Part shown: piece after piece, positions 58,993-64,000 of the stretch
How the letters are laid out: every line of letters begins with the position of its first letter
How positions within the stretch are numbered: the stretch's first letter is position 1
NCBI GenBank assembly: GCA_013314715.1
Contig: JABUFC010000011.1
Location: 589 to 64,588 of the forward strand
Direction: 5' to 3'
DNA from: Bacteroidales bacterium
Lineage (GTDB): Bacteria; Bacteroidota; Bacteroidia; Bacteroidales; GWA2-32-17
DNA: 64,000 nt
Notes under the pieces: generated by a model
What the model saw: the letters and a program-made list of their open reading frames with translations, nothing else
What the model was told of the DNA's origin: nothing
Databases searched by the model: none
Made by a program: the position numbers and the translations under genes

Positions 58993-61900
58993 TTATATCT
59001 CATCATTCGAAATATCAAAAAATCGTTCAAAGAAATCGGTTATTTTTTGGAGTACGGTTTCTCTTTTTTTGGTTCTTTCGCCACTGGGAGTAAATCGAGA
59101 CATGGGCGGAAGAATTTGGGCAAACTCGGTTCCGATGCTTTCGATGTAGCCTCTTTTAAAAGAATTTCTTATAAACGTATAGGTTTTTTCGCGATCGAGT
59201 TTTTCTTCATCGATCATTTTTTCCAACTCTTTTATCCGTTTTTCAACGATATAGCTTTGCCATCTGTCGCGAATAGGTTCTTCTACTCCTTTAACTTCTT
59301 TTAGAATATCGAGTTCTTGAATGAATTCGAGAATCAGATCCTTTTTATTGCGAAGTTTTAAGCTCGCATCAATAGCTTTGATGATATCTACCAATATCTC
59401 TTTATTCTTGATGTGGTCTTGATGGTATTTCTGTATCAACTCTAAAATGTAGTCGATGTTAATTTCGACCTGTTTGATGAGTTCAATTTCGAAAACCAGA
59501 TCGTCGTTTATGGTTTCTTTTTCAGCATCAGAAGATTTTCGGTATTGGTTGTAAAGATCGATATATATGCTTTGGTAATCCTGAAAATCTCGTTCGGCAA
59601 GAATTTCGTTACCGCTAAACTGGTCAAAAGTGCTGAGAATATTTTTTAATCGTAGTATTTTACCGTACAGTTTGATAAATTCTTTTTGTTTATGCTCACC
59701 TACAATGGGTTTTCCAATGGGGTATTTTTCGAGCATTTCTTCGACCAATGCTTTGTAGCCTGGTTTTTCTTCGTTTTTTTCTGCATCGGTATAGCCATAG
59801 TAGTAATCTTCGTATGGGCGAATAAGTACAATGCTGCTGGCTTCTTTGTCGCCAAAAAGGGCAATGGCTTTGTTGGTCTCTTCTTCGAGATTGCGAAAGC
59901 AAACGATATTGCCATGGGTCTTAACTGCGTTAAGGATACGGTTGGTGCGTGAGAACGCTTGCAATAGTCCGTGCATTCGGAGGTTTTTATCTACCCACAG
60001 GGTGTTGAGTGTGGTGGCATCGAAGCCGGTAAGAAACATATTAACCACAATGAGCATATCGATTTCGCGGTTTTTCATCCGCTGGCTTACATCTTTGTAA
60101 TAATTCTGAAATTTATCGGATGAGGTATCGTACGAGGTGCCAAACATGGCGTTGTAGTCGCGGATAGCATCTTCGAGAAAATCGCGAGAACTTTTGTCGA
60201 GCCCTGTGGTGTCTTCGGAGTTTTCGTCCAACACACCATCTAAGTCGTCTTCGTTGGTGGCAAAGCTATAGATAAGCGCAATTTTTAGTGCTTTGCTTGG
60301 TGGCAAAAGGTTGATTTGTTTTTTAAACTCTGCGTAGTATTTTTTTGCAACATCTATAGAAGAAACTGCCAATATGGAGTTAAATCCTGCCAAACGGCGT
60401 TCGTTGAGTTGGTAAAACGAGTTTCGTTTGGTTTTTTGGTCAAAGTGGTCGATGATGTAGGTTACAATTTGGGCAATGCGTTCGGGAGCTTCTAATGCTC
60501 GTTCTCTATCGATATCGGGCACCTTTTTGTCCTCAATTTGTTCGGCTTCGTGCATGGTTGAGACATAATCTACTTTAAACGGAAGGACATTTCTGTCTCT
60601 GATGGCATCGACAATGGTATAAGCGTGTAAACGTTCGCCAAACACCTGGTCGGTGGTTCGCATATCGGGGCGGTATGGGTTAGAAGCATTCACCGCAAAA
60701 ATGGGTGTTCCGGTGAAGCCAAAGAGATGATATTTTTTGAACGCTTTGGTAATAGCGGCATGCATTTCGCCAAACTGGCTGCGATGACATTCGTCGAAAA
60801 TGAGCACCACGTGGCCATCAAATATGGTATGACCTTTATTGGCTTTGATGAATCGCTCCAGTTTCTGAATGGTGGTGATGATAATGCGGGCTTTGGGGTC
60901 TTCGAGCTGGCGTTTTAATATGGCGGTGCTTGTGTTGCTGTTGGCGGCTCCCCTTTCAAACCTGTCGTACTCTTTCATTGTCTGGTAGTCTAAGTCTTTG
61001 CGGTCAACTACAAAGAGCACTTTATCGATGTAGGCTAAACGGCTTGCCAACTGTGCGGTCTTGAAACTGGTAAGGGTTTTGCCCGAGCCTGTGGTGTGCC
61101 ATATATAGCCTCCTGCTTCTATGGTTCCGTATTTTTTGTAATTGCTGCTGATTTCGATTTTTTTCAGAATCTTTTCGGTTGCAACAATCTGGTAAGGTCG
61201 CATTACCAGCAAAAGCCTTTCGGTGGTAAAAACACAGTACCGCGTGAGTACATTCAAAAGGGTATGGCGGGCAAAAAATGTTTTTGTAAAGTCCATCAGG
61301 TCCATGATGGGGTTGTTGGTCTCGTCGGCCCACCAGCTGGTAAACTCAAAGCTGTTGCTCGTGCGTTTGCCTTTGGGGGCTTTTCGGTCGCTCATCTCTT
61401 TGATGTGCTGAAACCGTGTGGTGTTGCTGTAATACTTGGTATGCGTACCATTGGAAATAACAAAAATCTGAATATACTCAAAAAGACCCGTTCCTGACCA
61501 AAAGCTTTCGCGCTGGTAGCGGTTAATCTGATTGAAAGCCTCTTGCAGAGCGACACCTCGGCGTTTTAGCTCTATATGTACCAGCGGAAGACCATTGACA
61601 AGTATGGTAACATCGTAGCGATTGGAGCGAACTCCCTCATCGGTTGCGTATTGATGGGTAACCTGCAGTTTATTGTTGTGGATGTTTTGTTTATCGATTA
61701 AGTAAATGTTTTTTGTAGTTCCATCGCTGCGTTTTAGTATTTTAATATAATCTTCTTGTATGGTAGCAGTTTTTTCGGTGATACTGTGATTGGGATTGGC
61801 TATTTCTGATTTTAAAAAATGGTTCCATTCTTCATCGGTAAAGGCAATGTTATTGAGTGTTTCAAGACAGCTGCGAAGGTTTTTAATAAGTTCCGCTTCG

Positions 61901-62073
61901 TTTTTGAACGTAAGGTATTCATAGCCCTGTGTTTGCAGTCGTTTGATGAAGGCGTTTTCTAATTCAGCTTCGGTTTGGTAGCTCGTTTCTGTGCGGTATT
62001 CTGGCTGATATTCTGCAACAACGGTGCTTTGGGTATTTTCGGCTACTAAGTTGTATTTTGTGTTGTTGTTCAT
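58993..62073 (-). CDS. hsdR: type I restriction enzyme R subunit
   Basis: Typical HsdR N-terminus (SYQTEAELENAFIKRLQTQGYEY), helicase motifs HTTGSGKTLT, DECHRSQ, GFTGTP and QAFSRTNR, and a C-terminal helical domain. Confidence 0.95.
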   Translation of the reverse strand: MNNNTKYNLVAENTQSTVVAEYQPEYRTETSYQTEAELENAFIKRLQTQGYEYLTFKNEAELIKNLRSCLETLNNIAFTDEEWNHFLKSEIANPNHSITEKTATIQEDYIKILKRSDGTTKNIYLIDKQNIHNNKLQVTHQYATDEGVRSNRYDVTILVNGLPLVHIELKRRGVALQEAFNQINRYQRESFWSGTGLFEYIQIFVISNGTHTKYYSNTTRFQHIKEMSDRKAPKGKRTSNSFEFTSWWADETNNPIMDLMDFTKTFFARHTLLNVLTRYCVFTTERLLLVMRPYQIVATEKILKKIEISSNYKKYGTIEAGGYIWHTTGSGKTLTSFKTAQLASRLAYIDKVLFVVDRKDLDYQTMKEYDRFERGAANSNTSTAILKRQLEDPKARIIITTIQKLERFIKANKGHTIFDGHVVLIFDECHRSQFGEMHAAITKAFKKYHLFGFTGTPIFAVNASNPYRPDMRTTDQVFGERLHAYTIVDAIRDRNVLPFKVDYVSTMHEAEQIEDKKVPDIDRERALEAPERIAQIVTYIIDHFDQKTKRNSFYQLNERRLAGFNSILAVSSIDVAKKYYAEFKKQINLLPPSKALKIALIYSFATNEDDLDGVLDENSEDTTGLDKSSRDFLEDAIRDYNAMFGTSYDTSSDKFQNYYKDVSQRMKNREIDMLIVVNMFLTGFDATTLNTLWVDKNLRMHGLLQAFSRTNRILNAVKTHGNIVCFRNLEEETNKAIALFGDKEASSIVLIRPYEDYYYGYTDAEKNEEKPGYKALVEEMLEKYPIGKPIVGEHKQKEFIKLYGKILRLKNILSTFDQFSGNEILAERDFQDYQSIYIDLYNQYRKSSDAEKETINDDLVFEIELIKQVEINIDYILELIQKYHQDHIKNKEILVDIIKAIDASLKLRNKKDLILEFIQELDILKEVKGVEEPIRDRWQSYIVEKRIKELEKMIDEEKLDREKTYTFIRNSFKRGYIESIGTEFAQILPPMSRFTPSGERTKKRETVLQKITDFFERFFDISNDEI

Positions 62074-63521
62074 ATTTTGTCCTTTTTTAAGTAATCTAAA
62101 CCTTTTTTTGTTGTTTTATACTTTTGATTTTTACTTGTTGGTTTGTCTGGAATGGTTAATTCTAAAAGGCCATTTTCTATCAATGGAGTTAAAATAAATT
62201 TTCTAAAATATTCTCTATCATTGATAGATATATACCTTTGTATTTCTTCTCTCGATTTCTCTGTTTGACAAAATATTAAAATTTTACTGTCTCTTTGTAT
62301 GTTATAACTGTCATCTTGGGGGGTATCTTGCGGGGTATCTTGCGGGGTAACTTGCGGGGTTAATGGAATAATAATTTTAAAAATATCTTCTTCAATCAAT
62401 TCAGGGATTGCATTTGAGTATATTTTAACATATTTAGTAAGATTCCTTACACCTGAACCTAACTCATCTGCAAAACCAATTTCTTTAAAAACCCTTGCAA
62501 TAGTTGGATTTTTAGGATAGGGAGAAAAATCTTTAAGATTGATTTTACCATGACCATAAGGCTTATTAGCGTTTTCTGTTCTGATTTGATTTTTTTCAAT
62601 AATAAATTTTGCAGGGAAAGCACTTGTAAATTCTCTGTGCATTAAAATGTTGGATGCAATTTCTCGTAAAATTTTATTTCTAACGCTAATTCTTTGAGTT
62701 CCTTCTAAGTAAAATGGGTCTGGCAAGTGTTTTTCTCCAAAGGCAATGATTCTTTCAAAACTGTCAATTAAATTGACTCTTACATCATCTCTGTCATCGT
62801 ATCTATCTAAATTTTCTCTTCTTAATATTAAATCGGTTTTGTAATGAGGCACAACGGATAAAATAGTTTTTTCTTTTCCAAATAATAAAATTCCTGCTAA
62901 AGTAATTCCTTCCTCGTTGGTTTGATAATTTTTTGAATACAACTTTGCACTTTTTAATAATTCTAAGTTATCCAACTCTTTCCAAGGATGAGAAGGATTT
63001 TGGTTTACTGCTAAATTTCTCGCTTTATTTATTAGATGTTCGTCTAAATCGTCTAATTTGCAATAAGGATAAATTTTATTTTCGGAATAAGATAGTTGTT
63101 TTTTTAAGTAAAGCTGAGTTACGAGTGTATGATTGTCGGTTATATCCAAATCTCCATCTTCGTTTCTATCGTAGATTCTATTTTTATATTTCTGAACCTG
63201 CGAACCAACGGGTACATAAATATGTAGTATTGGTTTATTATCTATTTCTACCTGATTTATTAAAAGGTAAACAGGCGGAGACATTACGTTGGGGTTGTTA
63301 ATGGTGGATATAAAGTCTTTTTTTATTTGTTCGATACGGTCTTGGCTAATACCTTCAATTTCTTTATTATCTTTAACTCCTAAAAGAATATCGCCCCCAT
63401 TTCTATTTAAAAAGGAGCAAACTGTTTCGTAAATACTTTGGGGAAGTTGATCTTTACACGATTTAAATTCAACTGAAATACCTTCGCCCATTTGCAGTAT
63501 TTTTTTTATTCTGGCTATCAT
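62070..63521 (-). CDS. AlbA_2 (Schlafen-like) domain + RecG-C/HATPase_c_4-like + C-terminal wHTH protein embedded in the type I R-M operon
   Basis: N-terminus EGISVEFKS...LNRNGGDILLGV is typical of the AlbA_2 'putative DNA-binding' domain. The middle region has NPTIARVFKEIGFADELGSGVRN. Its stop overlaps the hsdR ATG (ATGA), and it starts 5 nt after the hsdS stop. Confidence 0.65.
   Translation of the reverse strand: MIARIKKILQMGEGISVEFKSCKDQLPQSIYETVCSFLNRNGGDILLGVKDNKEIEGISQDRIEQIKKDFISTINNPNVMSPPVYLLINQVEIDNKPILHIYVPVGSQVQKYKNRIYDRNEDGDLDITDNHTLVTQLYLKKQLSYSENKIYPYCKLDDLDEHLINKARNLAVNQNPSHPWKELDNLELLKSAKLYSKNYQTNEEGITLAGILLFGKEKTILSVVPHYKTDLILRRENLDRYDDRDDVRVNLIDSFERIIAFGEKHLPDPFYLEGTQRISVRNKILREIASNILMHREFTSAFPAKFIIEKNQIRTENANKPYGHGKINLKDFSPYPKNPTIARVFKEIGFADELGSGVRNLTKYVKIYSNAIPELIEEDIFKIIIPLTPQVTPQDTPQDTPQDDSYNIQRDSKILIFCQTEKSREEIQRYISINDREYFRKFILTPLIENGLLELTIPDKPTSKNQKYKTTKKGLDYLKKDKI
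62315..62362 (-). repeat. 4 x 12-nt in-frame tandem repeat encoding (T-P-Q-D/V)4 linker
   Basis: Plus strand reads cttggggggtat/cttgcggggtat/cttgcggggtaa/cttgcggggtta, which translates as LTPQVTPQDTPQDTPQDD. Confidence 0.85.
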
Positions 63522-63526
63522 TGTTG

Positions 63527-64000
63527 TTACTGTTTTGGCTCGAAAGTTAACAATCGATTTCTATAATATTCATATTGCTTACGCCGTGCTTCTAATTCTG
63601 CCGGCAAGCCCTGCGATATATCGTTCACCAAGGCATCAAATTTGTCCAGTATAGCCACAATACGCTCCTGATCGGAAAGTGGGGGGATGGGAATGGAGAT
63701 GTTACGCAAAATTGATAAATTTAACATTCCATAACTATTCATTTTAGATTTTAATTCTTTATACATATTCGTCAAACAATAAAAAATAAATTTATCTTTT
63801 AATTTATTTTCTTCAATTGATTTTATAGCAGCTATATTTTGATTTATTGAGGCCTTAAACTCTAAAAAAGCTGTTTTAAAAATTGTTGCACCAACTAATG
63901 CCATTAGAGTAGTATTTTCTCTTAATAATTTAGCATTTGAATTTTTTAAACCTAATTCATTGATAAAACTATTAGAACTTTTTACAGACTTGTTGTTGCA
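63527..64000 (-). CDS. hsdS: type I restriction-modification specificity subunit (C-terminal part; 5' end outside window)
   Basis: The frame is open to the window edge (...NELGLKNSNAKLLRENTTLMALVGATIFKTA...). C-terminal conserved helix PPLSDQERIVAILDKFDALVNDISQGLPAELEARRKQYEYYRNRLLTF. Confidence 0.88.
   Translation of the reverse strand, partial: CNNKSVKSSNSFINELGLKNSNAKLLRENTTLMALVGATIFKTAFLEFKASINQNIAAIKSIEENKLKDKFIFYCLTNMYKELKSKMNSYGMLNLSILRNISIPIPPLSDQERIVAILDKFDALVNDISQGLPAELEARRKQYEYYRNRLLTFEPKQ

Noticed and set aside
58948-59304. 118-aa plus-strand ORF
   Set aside because: It is antisense to the C-terminal domain of hsdR, with an Phe/Lys-rich translation and no motif.
59686-61497. 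Cluster of 60-133 aa ORFs on both strands inside hsdR
   Set aside because: They overlap a full-length HsdR reading frame. They are explained by the locally higher GC and lower stop-codon density. No recognisable motifs.
62933-63301. 122-aa plus-strand ORF
   Set aside because: It is antisense inside the AlbA_2-like gene, with an AT-rich low-complexity translation.

Overview
This is a low-GC chromosomal segment from a gliding, T9SS-bearing member of Bacteroidota. That placement rests on a gldE/gldD pair, T9SS type A and type B C-terminal domains, SprB repeats, and TAnnTTTG -7 promoter boxes upstream of many genes. Most of the window is core metabolism and information processing: pgk, atpDC, ssb, an acyl-CoA carboxylase trio, rimP-nusA-infB, dxr-rseP, cydAB, prmC and recX. 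Both edges carry restriction/defence genes. On the left is a 5'-truncated DEAH helicase with a PD-(D/E)xK-like tail. On the right is a type I R-M operon, hsdS-(AlbA_2-like gene)-hsdR, that runs off the window. The centre holds a ~10 kb gene for a ~3,300-aa SprB-repeat adhesin with a T9SS type B sorting domain; as sequenced it is split by a single extra nucleotide. I found no rRNA, tRNA, CRISPR array, integrase or transposase. I do not see a complete, clearly novel multi-gene system. The best leads are: (1) an AlbA_2/Schlafen-like gene translationally coupled inside the type I R-M operon, in the position PrrC occupies in the E. coli prr locus; (2) a duplicated 144-bp element that keeps an intact 42-codon ORF in both copies, each just upstream of a co-oriented unrelated gene; (3) an intrinsic-terminator hairpin between a -7 box and rimP-nusA-infB, a possible leader attenuator; (4) a five-gene operon with overlapping reading frames that links a WecA-like transferase to an ECF sigma factor and includes an unannotated 53-codon membrane ORF. 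All product calls come from motif recognition by eye. No database search was run.
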